Shown piece after piece: positions 1-12,815 of a DNA stretch of 64,000 nucleotides. This DNA is from Takakia lepidozioides (lineage: Eukaryota; Plantae; Bryophyta). Where the stretch lies: NCBI GenBank assembly GCA_030704615.1, contig CM060731.1:15996001-16060000 (forward strand), read 5' to 3'. The first letter of the stretch is position 1. Each line of letters opens with the position of its first letter. The notes under the pieces were generated by a model. That model worked only from the letters and a program-made list of their open reading frames with translations. It searched no databases and was not told the origin of the DNA. A program made the position numbers and the translations under genes.

Positions 1-159
1 AAGGGATGAAGGGTGGAAAAGTGAGAAGAAAAAGAGAAAGGAGACGAAGTTTGATGCCGAGCTGACTTGCCTACATTGCAGCCCAGAACAGCCAAGTACA
101 TCCAATAAATCAGTTGTCTTTAGCCTGGTTATGTTCGGGTGGAACAAAAAGAGGAGAGA

Positions 160-2334
160 GAGGAGGAAAAGAAATGAAATGAAATGAAATGGTGCTTTAT
201 AATGAAAGAAATCTATGACATCCACAGGAGACCCAGAAAGAAAAATTAAGGAACTTACGGTTAAAAGGCCCAGAGGGTCTATGGACACGTACAATGACAT
301 GGTAGGGCCTAAGGGGAGGGAAAAAATGTAATCATAAGACACTGTGGCCATAGACCCTCCCACTTTGGGCGGAACAAGGGGGAACACACTAGCTTTGTAA
401 GGGGCTGACTCCAGTGGGACTTAACCTTGATATGGACAAATTCGGGCTTGCTAGATTTCCTCTTGAAAGCCCTTCACACAAGCATCAATCTGCTGTGTGT
501 GAGATGCCCAGGTCTAATCCCCAAAAGGCCCGGGGCTTAAGGCTCAGCCTCTAGTTTTCGGAAGTTGGTGGACAGAGGTGCGAGGACTATATTCTTGATA
601 GTCCTGGAGACGGTTGCTCTCTCTCATGAGAATACCGACATTATACCAGAAAATGGATGTTGTCTTCAGGCCTTGCCCGTACATTGGTCTAGTGCAACAT
701 GTAGATAGGCCCTTCAGATCATCCTTCACGTCCACCTGTGTCACAAACTGGAAACAAGTTCAGGGAGAGAATCTACCCATAAGACGTTGTTTGCTGTGGC
801 CATAGACCCCATGCCCAGTTTGGGCCGAAAGGAAATGAAATGGTACTTCATAATGTCTGCGGGAAGCTCAAAGAGCTTACGGGACAAGAGGAAATGCAAT
901 GAAATGAAATGGTACTTTACAACAACAAGAGGAAGAAAGAAACAAGAAAGAGAGAGGGGCCATAAACAACCCAAAAGCAACTAAAGCTCAAGGGATTGCC
1001 TAGGAGTCAGCACTTCATGCAGAGGAAATGAAATGAAATGAAATTGCACTTTATAATGTCTGCGGAAAGCTCAAAGAGCTTATGGGACAAAATGGAAAAG
1101 AAACATGAGAGAGGAAACAAAACCGGAGCCGAAAAAAACAGCCCAAAAGCAACTACTGCTCGAGGGATTGTCTAAGGGTCAAGGCCTCGTGCAGGTAAGC
1201 TGCCAAGCATTTCTGATCCTCATATAGAAGACTTCAGTGAGAGAAATGAAATGAAATGGTGCTTTATAACATCCGTGGAAAGCTCATAGAGCTTATGGGA
1301 CAAAATGAGATTTAGTTCCGCAGAATAGACAGTGGAATCTCCCACGGATCTCATAATATAGAGGGCAATAAAAGAAGAAGTCTTCTTCATTTCAAGAAGA
1401 GAAATGAAATGAAATGAAGTGGTACTAAATAATGTCCGCGGAAAGCTCAAAGAGCTTATGGGACAAAATGGGAAAAAAACATGAGGAAACAAAACCAGAG
1501 CCAAAAAAAAAAAAAAACTACTGTTCGAGGGATTGTCTAAGGGTGAAGGCAGAGAGAGAGAATGTACTCGTGCCATTCCCCGTTGGCTTGCCACAGCCTT
1601 ACGGCCATTGACCCCATTGAGAAAGAGAGGAGAAATGAAATGAAATGAAATGAAATGAAATGGTACTTTATAACATCCGCAGAAAGCTCAAAGAGCTTAT
1701 GGGACAAAATGGAAAAAACAACAGAGAGGAAACAAAACCAGAGGCAGAAAACAGCACAAAAGCAACTACAATGAAACAATGAAATGAGACTTTGTAAGGT
1801 CTGCTTTCTTGCATTACGAGAGAAATGAAATGAAATGAAATGGTACTTTATAACGTCCGCGGACGCTCATAGAGCTTATGGGACAAAATGGAAGAAATAT
1901 TGAGAAATGAAATGGTGCTTTATAACGTCCGTGGAAAGCTCATAGAGCTTATGGGACAAAATGGAAAGACAAACATGAGAGAGAAAACAGGAAACCAGAG
2001 ATATAAGAACTATTATTCGAGTGATTATCTAAGGGTGAATGCCTCGTGCAGGTAAGCTGCCAAGCATTTTGATCTTCATAGTGAAAAACTTCAGTGAGAG
2101 ATTGGGTTCCACGGAATAGACAATGGAATCTCCCACGGATCTCATAGTATAGAGGGCAATAGAAGAAGTGTTCTTCAGTTTCAATTTCCTGGTTGTGCCC
2201 TGTGCAAGCCCGTCCTGTGAGAGAGGAAAAAAACCAGAGCCAAAAAAACTAGAGCGAGAGAGAGAATGTACTCTTAAGACGTTGTTTGCCGTAGCCTTGT
2301 GGCCATTGACCCCGCGCCCATTTTGGGCGGAAGA
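160..2334 (-). mobile_element. Cluster of short nested LINE 3'-end fragments of two tail types: A ends ...GAGTACAAT(CT)n, B ends ...AAAGTAC(CATTT)n
   Basis: About 9 copies of (gaaat)n-ggtactttataa, most followed by ...aagctcaaagagcttatgggacaaaa, and several copies of gtggccattgaccc; degenerate zinc-finger region at ~400-770. Confidence 0.8.
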
Positions 2335-3600
2335 GAGATTGTACTCATAAGACATTGTTTGCCGTAGCCTTGTGGCCATTGACTCCGCGCCCAGTTTGAA
2401 CGGAACATAACAATGCCGTAGCCTTGTGGCCATTGACTCCGCGCCCAGTTTGAACGGAACATAAAGGGACAGAAACTACCTTTGTCAGGGGCTGACGCCG
2501 GTAGTATGATTTACCTTGGAATAAACAGTTGATCGGAGATTTCCAGATATCCTCCAGAAATCTCTTCACACAAGCATCAATGTGTGTGATTTGCCTAATA
2601 GCTAGACCCCAAAAGGGCCTGGGCTTTTGGCTCAGCCTCAAGATTTTCAAAGTTGTTAAATAGAGGTACAGGCACAATTTCCTTGATGGAATTGAAGAGG
2701 GTGTCCCGTTGGTGAGAGTACCCAGGACAATGAATCAGGAAGTGAATATTGTCTTCAGGTTGCCCACACAACGGGCACTTACAATCCCCCTTTCCTCTCT
2801 GCGATTGTTTGTTGTTCAAAGGTAGGCTACCCGCCCTGAGTTTGAATTTCAGTCTAGTGCCGAGGGTGGGTAGACACTTGATGTCATCCATGATGGCCTC
2901 ACCCATGTCACAGACTGGAAACAGGTTCAGGGAAGTTTTCTGCCTAACTTCATTTTCTTCAGACAATTTCCTGGCAATAGACATGGCTTCGGAAACTTCA
3001 GCTTCTAAGCCAGATTTATCCAGCAGGGTCATGGCTAGTGGACTAAGATTCAGATCCATCTACCCATTTCCGCCAGGATTTAGCCTGTTTGACAGGGCGG
3101 TCCTGCTTCCAAGATATAGAGTCGATTAACTTAGGATATCTGGTATTAGCCATACCTTGCAGCTGACCCCACCATCTGATTTTGAATTCATCGCGTCGGG
3201 AGCTTAAGGGAGGAATGCCAAACCCACCCCGAACAGCCACATTAGCTGTTTTGGAGCATGCTGACATGCACTCCTTGAGCACCCCGACTTGGATGGATTC
3301 AAGAGACTTAGCCTGGTTGGAGTTATCAACCCATACAGCAGATGCATACTCCAAGGCCGGCCTGATAACGCAGCAAAGCATGGTTTTTTTTACTTCAGAG
3401 TTGATCCCTCTGCAGTGGAAAAATTTAGTGAGACCCAGCGCTTTGCGTTTGCCAGATTGAACCACTCTTTGAATATGTGCTTCCCAATTACAGTTGGAGG
3501 AAAACTCAACGCCAAGATAGGTGTAGGAGGGGAGAACAGGAATCTCTTGGCTTCCCCACTGCCACTTGAGATCGCCTCCTCCTTCCCCCCGGTCGTTGCG
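2335..3600 (-). mobile_element. Second, more truncated copy of the same LINE family, with duplicated 3' end
   Basis: ORFs 3043..3603 and 2595..3059 are near-identical to the RT C-terminus and zinc finger of 3632-6226; same 3' end ...ggccacaaggctacggcaaac...tatgagtacaat(ct)n. Confidence 0.88.
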
Positions 3601-3631
3601 CATTTACTGACATTGGGCAGAAGAGAGAGAG

Positions 3632-6226
3632 ATTGTACTCATAAGACGTCGTTTGCCGTAGCCTTGTGGCCATTGACCCCGCGCCCAGTTTGAGCGGGAA
3701 CAAAAGGGACAGAACCTACCTCTGTCAGGGGCTGACGTTGGTAGTAAGACTTACCTCCATATATAGAACTAATCCGGGTTTTCCAGATATCCTCTAGAAA
3801 TCCCTTCACACAAGCATCAATCTGCTGTGTGTGATTTGCACCAAAAACTAGGCCTCAGGAGGGCCTGGGCTTTTGGCTCAGCCTCGAGACTTTCAAAGTT
3901 GGTAAACAGGGGTACAGGCACAATTCCCTTAATAGATTTGAAGAGAGCATCTCTTTGGTGAGAGAACCCTGGACAGTGTATCAGAAAATGAATACTGTCT
4001 TCAGATTGCCCACACAACGGGCAATTGCACTCTCCCTTTCCTCTCTGCTTCTGTTTGCTGTTCAAAGGTAGGCTTCCTGCCCTGAGTTTAAATTTCAGTC
4101 TAGTACCGAGTAGACCCTTGAGGTCATCCAAGATGTCCTCCCCCATGTCACAGACTGGAACCAAGTTTTCTAACTAACTTCATTTTCATCAGACAATCTC
4201 ATGGCAACAGACATGGCTGAGGACACTACAGCCTCTAAGTCAGATTTATCCAGCAGGGTCAAGACTCGCGGATCCAGGTCCAGGTCCTTGAGGATCTCTT
4301 CTACTCTCTTCTGCCAGGACTTAGCCTGTTTGACAGGGCGGTCCTGTTTCCAAGATATAGAGTCGATTAACTTAGGATATCTGGTGTTGGGCATATGTTG
4401 CAGCTGACATATCTGACCTTGAATTCATCTCGTCGGGAGCTTAAGGACGGAATGCCAAACTCACCCCGAACAGCCACATTGGCTGTTTTGGAGCATGCTG
4501 ACATACACTCCTTAAGCACCCCCACTTGAATGGATTCTAGAGACTTAGCCTGGTTGGAGTTATCAACCCATATAGCAGATCCGTACTCCAAGGCAGGTCT
4601 AATAACGCGACAAAGCATGGTTTTCTTAACCTCAGAGTTGACCCCTCTGCAGTGGAAAAATTTAGTGAGCCCCAGAGCTTTGCCCTTGCCAGTTTGAACA
4701 ACTTTCCGGATATGTGCATCCCAATTACAATTGGAGGAGAACTCAACGCCCAGGTAAGTGTAGGAAGGGAGGACCGGGATCTCTTGACTACCCCACTGCC
4801 ACTTCAGATCACTTCCTCCCTCTCCTCTGTCGTTGAATGCTACCACTGCACATTTGCTGACATTAGCCTCTAGCCCCCAGAGATCAAAGTATCTCTTTGC
4901 GCAATCAATCAACTCCTGGAGATTGGTTGGAGTCTCCCCTATGCCTGCGAAGTCATCCGCAAACATAAGGGCTGGTATGGTGGTATCACCCACCCTTAAC
5001 CCAAATCCCTCACTTTCCACATCCTCGAGGAGTTGATTGATGAAAACATTGAAGAGCAGAGGGGAGAGAGTACATCCTTGAGCTACACCTTGGTCTATGT
5101 CAAAGAAGTTGGACTTCTGTCCGTTAACAGTGACACAGCTTTTGGTGTGAGCATACAAGTTGTGGACAACTCTCCACATCTTTCCCTTGATCCCACAAGA
5201 CCAGAGGCGGAACCATAGGCCATCTCTCCACAATGTGTCATAAGCCTTTTTGACATCCAGGAAAAAGACATAAGTGGGTTTCCCTTCTTTTTTCCTTCCC
5301 TGGATAATCTGGCTTAGAGTGAAGATATGATCCACACAGCCCCTGTTTCGCCGAAAGCCAGCTTGGCCTTCGTGGAAACAACCTCTAGACTCCAGATCAA
5401 CCTCGAGACGAGTACTTATAACTCTGCAGAATGTCTTGCCAACAGCATTGAGGAGCGTGATGCCACGGTAGTTCCCCGGTTCTTCTCTGTCACCCTTCTT
5501 GTATAGATTGACAATGACCCCTGTCGCCAGCGAAAGGGGATCATTTCAGTCTTCCAGATAAGGTTAAAGAGGAGAACTAGGGCCTCTATCACGGGATCGC
5601 CACCGTGCTTGATAAGCTCGTTGACAATACCATCAGGTCCACCAGCTTTATATCCATTTAAATGTTCAATTGCTTCCACAATCTCAGAAGAACTAATGGG
5701 AGCATTATAAGCCATTGAAATATACTCCAGTTCATCAGGGCTGTTTTGAATCATAGGAACAGTTTTTCCAACTGTGTCCCTCCATTCAGCAGAAGACCCC
5801 TCACTGTTAGACCTAGAAGTTCTGCCAAGGATACTGTAGTGAGTTTCAAAGGTTTTGACAATGTCAACCGATGAAGTCACCACTGCACCTTTAGTAGTCT
5901 TCAGCGCTTGTACTTGCTGACCGTTTTTCGGCTTGTACAAACGTTGAAGGGCCAACCAGAATTTCTTGTCATTACCACCATGGTGGTTTGAGTTTATTTC
6001 ACTGTATAACTTGTCCCAGTATAATTTCTTCTGAGACCTAACAAGCTGATTGATATCTTTACGGAGCTGGTAGTACCTCGCCCACAATTCTCTGTTGGTT
6101 TCCAAATTGCAGCACTCTTTATAGAGGGCTCGTCTCTCAGCTATCTTGAGTTTAATCTCATTAGTCCACCAATTAACTGCTCTACCACAGACAATTAGTT
6201 TCCTCCCAATGATCTTGTCAGCCACG
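3632..6226 (-). mobile_element. Non-LTR retrotransposon (RTEX/RTE-like LINE), 5'-truncated and frameshifted, in ABCG intron
   Basis: RT motifs KAGGPDGIVNELIK, FLDVKKAYD, GVAQGCTLSPLLF, LMFADD and YLGV; C-terminal CPLC..ED..HFLIHC zinc finger. Both ends abut (GA)n runs. Clade assignment is by motif resemblance only. Confidence 0.88.
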
Positions 6227-6230
6227 GAGG

Positions 6231-6256
6231 AAGAGAGAGAGAGAGAGAGAGAGAGA
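6231..6256. repeat. (GA)n microsatellite at the LINE junction, ~30 nt inside the ABCG intron
   Basis: aagagagagagagagagagagagaga directly visible. Confidence 0.9.
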
Positions 6257-6288
6257 TGTGTTGTTGGTTTAACAGCAGAGAGCCTCAC

Positions 6289-9200
6289 CTGCCAGCCTCT
6301 GGAGCAAGTCCAGTCACATAGTACACAACACATGACCAAATGATAGCTTCCACAACGGAATATGGAAGTCTCAATAGCCAGCTGGGAACTGAAAACGCCC
6401 AACCAGGATAAAAGAGATTATCCCGTTGTTTGTAGAAGATCGGAAGCCGTCCCACTGTCATAGACATCTCTGAGAATCCGTTGAACATCATGTGCACTAA
6501 TGAAAAGAAAAGAACACTCAAATATAGAGTCCCATTCAGTTCATCAGTCGGATGCAGCCGTGTCCGAAAGAATAGAGTCCCTGTGACAAATGCAGTAAAT
6601 GCTACCTGCCAAGCAGACGATGCGTTGATATCAATTGTTTGTGCCTGTCAATCAGAATCCTCACAACTTGACGGCACAATATGATAATCGGAAAAGACTT
6701 CTAGCACTCCAAAAGCACCTTGCCTGATCATTGCAACCAAAATGTCAAATACTCAGAATGAAATATTACCTGACAAGTTCGAAAGATGTATAAGAATCTA
6801 TTTCTTTTCATCAGTAACCACTCCCTTTCTGTGCATGCTTTCAGGAGCTCCCACTTCGAAAGTGCAAATTTTGTGTCCACAAGAGCAGCAGCGTGACTTT
6901 TGGCCTTGTCGTAAGGTGTAGAAAGGTACTCAGTCAATTCTTTCCCAACTTCAAACTGCTTAAAAGCACTTGCTATCTTGTCCACAGGGACAAACTCGTA
7001 CGGCCTACTGTTGTCAGCCCAATACTGCTCTTGGTCCTTTTTTGATGTAACCTGTCCCATTCATACTCGGTAATTAGATCCATAACCACATGGTGCCAGT
7101 TTGTCTTTCATGCTGCATCTCAAGTACCACTAGCATCTCAATGGAAATTCCATGTATTGGCCATGACTGCATGGTGCCCACTTTTTTGCTGTATTTTTGT
7201 GGCAGAAAGGACTAATAACTTGGCAAACTGCATACATTACCTCCTGAAGGAAGTCTGCAACACCTTTCCGAGGTGGGAGCTTAAAACCTAGAGTCTCAAA
7301 AAACTCCAAGATCCTCTCACGTGGGCCTAAGTAAACAATGTGACCCTCAGACATAAGTAAAATGTCATCGAACAGCTCAAATGTCTCCGGTGCAGGCTGA
7401 AGGAGAGCCATCAACACTGTCCCCTCCAACAAATGTACAAAATTCTGTGTGCACTTGACAATCTGGAACGTTGTAGAACTGTCCAGACCAGTTGATATCT
7501 CATCCATGAACAACGTCTTCTTTGGGCCAACTACCATCTCACCTGCATACAATACCAGCACACAAGCAACAAAAATGTCATGCTAAGATCAATATCTTTC
7601 TACACTCAAGAGGTATTAATTGCATCAAAACCTAATAAGGATGGTGGAAAAGGCAGAGAAATTTATCTAGCCTAGAATAAAACATTTTAATGTGAAGTAA
7701 TATATTATCATTTGAAATCATCTACATTCCAAACGGAAAACAAAAAAGACCTTTTCTCCAGAATGACAATATAAAGATTTGTGTGGTAAAGGCTACCAGA
7801 TGAGTCTGTAAAGAAGAGAGCATACAAAAATCCAGAAAACAACGCACCCCAAAATCAAGGAAGAAGTATTGCAGCTCCTTGGCATATCCTACCACATAAT
7901 TTAAAAATAGTTACAAGCAATGATGCTTGATTTCATGAACTTTCCATGCGGAAGATAGAGGGGTGAAGGAGGTCATGATGCTCAGGAACCCACCAGTGGT
8001 CACACGTTTTTTCTGACCTCCAGAAATACCCCGAAGCATCTCATTGCCAACAACAATATCAGCACATAATTCAAGGCCGAGCACCTTCATGATGTAGTCA
8101 GTTGACAAACTGTGCTTGCTCCCTTGTACAGCGGTTGCCTGAGTTCCATGGCAAGTTCCAGGTTTTGCACATTAGTAGCTGTGGCCACATGAATATGCAA
8201 AACCCCAGGTATGCCAGCAACATCAACCGCCCAGACAGATACAATGTTCAAAGGCTCTGACCTTCATGTAAGCATCGATGTCCGGATCCGGGCGAATATT
8301 TAGTTGCGTTTCTCTACGAGCTAGTTCTGTAAGCATATCTGCAACATCATTCAGATAAAGTAAACTGTAAGAGATACAATTCCCTTGGATTTATACTTGA
8401 TTGCTGACTTTGTGTCATGACTCAGATTCAGAAAGCAACGTTGGATGTCCCAGGAGAGGAGTACCATATTTATAGCCAACTCCTTGGCAACGTGCCGCAA
8501 AGTCCAAAGTCTCCCGTACTGTCAGTTCTCCAATGTGAGCATCATTTTGACTGATATATGCAGCTGTCCTTTGAGGCACAAATTCTGTGAATGCACATCC
8601 ATTATATGTAACCGAGCCAGTGGTCTGCGACAATCCATCACAGCATCAAGTCCAGCGAGATCCCACACAACTTTCAGTAAACAGTAAAAGCACGTACAAG
8701 CCACATAAGAAGTAAAACTACCCTAAACACTACACTCAGCAGTGGCCCTTTGGCCAGTGAATATGACCAGTTGTCATCAATAAATGACATAAGCGAACCA
8801 CATAAGCTCACCTCTGAAGCACATTACTCTCTCCAAAAACCCCCAGGGAGCTCTCAACCCTACCTATACCCCATAATTCCTGTATAGGTCTAGGACACCC
8901 CGAGGTCACATGTTCAACAACTCCTCATTCACGACGTGTGAAGAGCATACCCTCAAATCTTTGGCAAGTTTGCCGGCCAAAGCCAACAAGAGAGTCGATT
9001 TTCCAGAACCTGGTGGTCCAAGTAGCAATGTCATCCTGTCATGTATCCAACAAGCCAAGAGGAAGAAAATATAACCTTCAGATTTTGTTTGCTAAAGACA
9101 AACCACTGCAAGTGGATCTTCCTTACAACAGCGTCAGACACTCCTAATGTAAGCCCATCATGCAATGTCAAACTTATCTGCAGCCTAGAAAATGAGAGCA

Positions 9201-10285
9201 TCTGCAACGTACACTGACATAAGTCTCATTTCCCAAAAACTGGATGCCGCCACTTAAAGTATAGGTGTCGGTACAGGTCTTCAAATTTTCAACTTACCTT
9301 CCAGGTCTGATGCATCCACTGACATCATGCAGGATTGGAAAGTCGTGCTTATTCGAGGGGAGCATCTTGCAAGCCCCTAACAAAGACTGCAGCAAACAAG
9401 CATCCTGTTATATGGTACGTAAGAGCAATTTAGCGGTGATTGATTCTCGGTTGGCTGAAGGTACTTAACAGGGGCCACGAATCAAGTGAAGCTTTGCGGC
9501 CATGTAACTTAGCAAAACCTCGGCAAACCTTACCTCAATCAAGTTGCGACCAGAGTTGAACAGAGTTGGCAGAGACCGAGTTCCAACATAAATGTCTGCG
9601 TCAATGGACAAATTCTCAAATCGCACCTCAACTTTAGGCAATTCTATGCCAACCCTGCATGTACAAATCTCATATGGTTCAAAATCGACGGTCCGATAAT
9701 TAAATTATAAGGTAGTTCGGCAGAGGACGCAACAACATGCCTATGCCTATGCCTGGGATAAGGAGCCGACCGAGACCGATAGCCTTTCGACACCGGCATG
9801 AAGTAGGACTCGGTACAGGAAAGTCTACTGTACAGGGATATATTTTTGCTCAGTGAGAGATTAAAATGTAACCATGACACCTGCACAAAGCATAGCGAAC
9901 GAAAGAAAAGGGGAAAGACTAACCTGTCAATGCGTTCTTTCACTTTACTGAGGAGACGCTCGTTATCCTGCTCGCTCGTAGCCAAAGCCTTCTCGACAAC
10001 CCGTTGCCGCTGACCCCGTTCTAAATGTCTAACATCAACATGCTTTGGGTGTTTGTCTCCGTCAACTCCAGCTACGTGCTCAAGAATTGCGGTATGAAGA
10101 CGGTCATAAGTGGGGAGCTTCTCAAGAGCAGCCCACTTGAGAGCCTCGAGATCGTCTTCCTCATACTCGGTGCTGGAGCGCCGAGCAAATGCTTCACGGC
10201 CCTCCCCGGTGTCCCGCCATACTCTTGCCCCTCCATGTTTGCGCTCAAACCAAATATCTCCCTCTGGAACTGCTGCCTCTGCCAT
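6289..10285 (-). CDS. Full-size ABCG / PDR-type ABC transporter, 5' part. Exons approx. 10285-9924, 9654-9534, 9386-9298, 9035-8951, 8624-8465, 8338-8262, 8138-7994, 7542-7241, 7051-6770, 6605-6289; remainder lies left of the window.
   Basis: PDR N-terminal motif [25 protein letters not shown], Walker A GPPGSGKS, signature [15 protein letters not shown], Walker [14 protein letters not shown] and TMD motif MFNGFSE...[13 protein letters not shown] junctions are phase-consistent. Confidence 0.95.
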
Positions 10286-11269
10286 TTTCCACTGTCCTGC
10301 AGGATTCTGTATACAATTCAATTGGGTGCAGGACTACTCCAAAAACTGCCTATTCTTCCGTACTAATACCATTCTGGACATAGTTTTGCAGAACTCATCA
10401 AGTATTCCATCGATGCTGCGAAATTGTGCAGTGCAAAGTCGAACAAATAATCTCGGGATCACTCCTCACTCTGCATGCACAGCAACAGCGATTCCCCAAC
10501 GTTGTTAACATGAATGGCTACAACTGTCAAGCAATCGAGAGAGGATTCACAATAAAGGAGGCGGGATGATGCATGACACCGCATGCGAGGCATGCGAGGC
10601 ATGCCCCACTTGCAGCTACTTAAAGCGTATCCATGCAACTCGAAGCCCACCCAAACCTACAACGAATTACACCAGGTGCAGTGAGGCTGCAAACGAAAAG
10701 GTGAAGGAAACGGCGCTCGTGTGCAGAGTAGCAGCCCAGGCGTCCGCTGCTCATGCATAGCGATCATCTACAACGGCTGGGTGACGTCATAGTGTGTGTT
10801 TTACGTGTGACCTCACAAAATTTCGTAACAGAACCTCTAGTGTTGCAGCGAGCACGACCGTCAACCAACCTCACGGAATGCGCCGCACTCTACTACTCAA
10901 CTACTGCAATTGTCCATCGATCTTCCCACGGGCCCAGCCGCCGGTGGCATGCTCCTTTCCTGCACACCTCCAAGCCATATATGGCTGGCTTGCATGACTG
11001 CAGCCTCTTTCGACCCATCAGCATCTCCTTTCCACCTCCTTCCTTGTTTCGTGCCGTCTTTGTGACCTTTCCTCCATCCCCTTCCGAGATTTCAGTGGCA
11101 AGCTTTGCACATGTGAGAGACTGTCGTAATTAAGCACACTACCTACCGACCAGCAGCGAGCAAACACTACGCCCCTACCGCACAAGAGTCATCCACACAG
11201 CGACTCATGCACGCAGAATGCTCACCTCAACACTCCTCCTGCCGGCACGCACCTCAGAGCTGCGCTTCC

Positions 11270-11340
11270 CCTCCCTCCCCCTCTCTGTCTCTCTGTCTCT
11301 CTCTCTTGCATGAATGCATGCGCTGTGTATATATACTAAC
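11270..11340 (-). promoter_or_regulatory. Putative ABCG core promoter (TATA then GA-rich leader); a 5'UTR intron at ~10298-11146 is likely
   Basis: tatatatac at ~11328-11336, a (TC)n tract and CATGCA RY-like motifs. Minus-strand GTAGGT donor at ~11146 and CTGCAG acceptor at ~10298. Confidence 0.4.
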
Positions 11341-12663
11341 TAAGCTGCCAAAGAGTTCGGATATGGGGTCAATTTAAATAATTAATACTTATAGTGTCCA
11401 TCCAGCCTAGTCTATACTTGGCTTGGTTTTATGTTTTTGAAAGGCCCGAGAGAGGCAGAATTTTATTGAAAATGCTGAAAAAATGACAGGCCATGGAGGC
11501 TGAGAAAGGGGTCACCCCCCCCACCCCGGTTACTTATAATAACTTAAGTTAAAAAAAGCCTTCAAATCTCAGTGGGCGAGAGTACCCTGGAATATAGAGA
11601 CAAACATTCTATAACCAGTCACTGTTACTTTGCTGTACGTTTTTGAATTGTACCACCAAGAAAGCGGTTGCGGTTTTTTCTCTAAGTACTTCCGGTTAAA
11701 AACCCTTGACAGCCTTGATGCAAGTTATAGGCTTAGCAGCTATGGTCTCCCTTTAACATCTATCCTTCCATGTTGTTTCATCCATTCTAAATGACTCATA
11801 GATAGGTAACATCATCTAGGTAGTATGATTTTCAACATCTTCTTTTCATGTTGCCTCTTAAACAAGCGGCTAGGACGGTATGGCCTTTTTTTTTTTTAAC
11901 ATTTAAAGTATGGCTCCTCTTTGTGAAATTGCAATCTACTTCCATCCATAATAAACTTGAGAATTCATCCATTTATTTTTCATAAGTTTTTCAATAACAG
12001 ATATGATATTTGAGCGAGGTGTTACTTGGAAAAGGCACATCATGGAAGTAGTTTTCAGCAAAGGAGAGGAGGCAACACCTTGGCCTAGCCTGCTGTTGTT
12101 GCACCGGGCAGTAAAAAGAAGGATTAGGATTTACTATAGATACGATTTAGCAATATATCAAACAACACCACTTCTCTATGTGAAAGAAATTTCCTGGAGG
12201 GCTACGTCCAACTTGGTTGAATGCTACATTTCATTATTTTTACTACTTAAGCCCTAAGTTTCTTTATGGGTTATGTGCTGTTGGGTTGTGTCACACTGAC
12301 TCAAGACGACTCACAAGAAACTGGCAGAGACGGAGTCTTCTTGGCATGATACTAAACAGAGAGGCGAGAAGAGAGATGATGATGAGAAGAAGCAGGACTC
12401 CAATCCACAGTTTGCGTGGGCCCCCACACAATTGGCTTCTTGGTGAGGCATCGCCGGGCATTCAATGCATCAGGCCCCAGGGACTGCAAGATGGATGAAC
12501 GGCGGCTGTCCATCTGGACGGATGGAAGTATCTGCGACAATCGCGGCAACGGGAGTGCAAGGGAGGCGCGGCACGTAAGTGAAAGAGACCCGGCATTCAT
12601 CCAATTCCGGCGGAGTTTATGCCGCGAAGTTGCCCACGCGCCTGCACAGAAATTCTGTGCCGG

Positions 12664-12815
12664 TGTGCAGTTTTTGTGACGTGGCAGGACGGGGAGTCTA
12701 CGGGCGCGCTTTCGACAGGCCGACGGTTTTAGGCTGTGCCGCCGTGCACTTTTGTGACGTGGCAGGGCGGGGAGTTTGCGGCGCACTTTCGACAGGCCGA
12801 CGGTGCTAGGGCTGC
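12664..12815. repeat. Tandem duplication of ~78 bp GC-rich unit (2 copies)
   Basis: ttttgtgacgtggcagg.cggggagt...tttcgacaggccgacggt occurs twice. Confidence 0.85.

Noticed and set aside
830-2000. Regularly recurring conserved repeat with a hairpin and variable spacers, superficially CRISPR-like
   Set aside because: Eukaryotic intron; the 'spacers' are related LINE 3'UTR pieces of uneven length, units end in (CATTT)n tails, and there are no cas genes.
5416-6402. 328-aa ORF apparently fusing ABCG and LINE sequence
   Set aside because: Chance read-through across exon (wrong frame), donor site and (TC)n; not a real fusion gene.
11420-12250. Possible decayed L1 3' region
   Set aside because: Only scattered W..W..RC-like residues; too degenerate to call.
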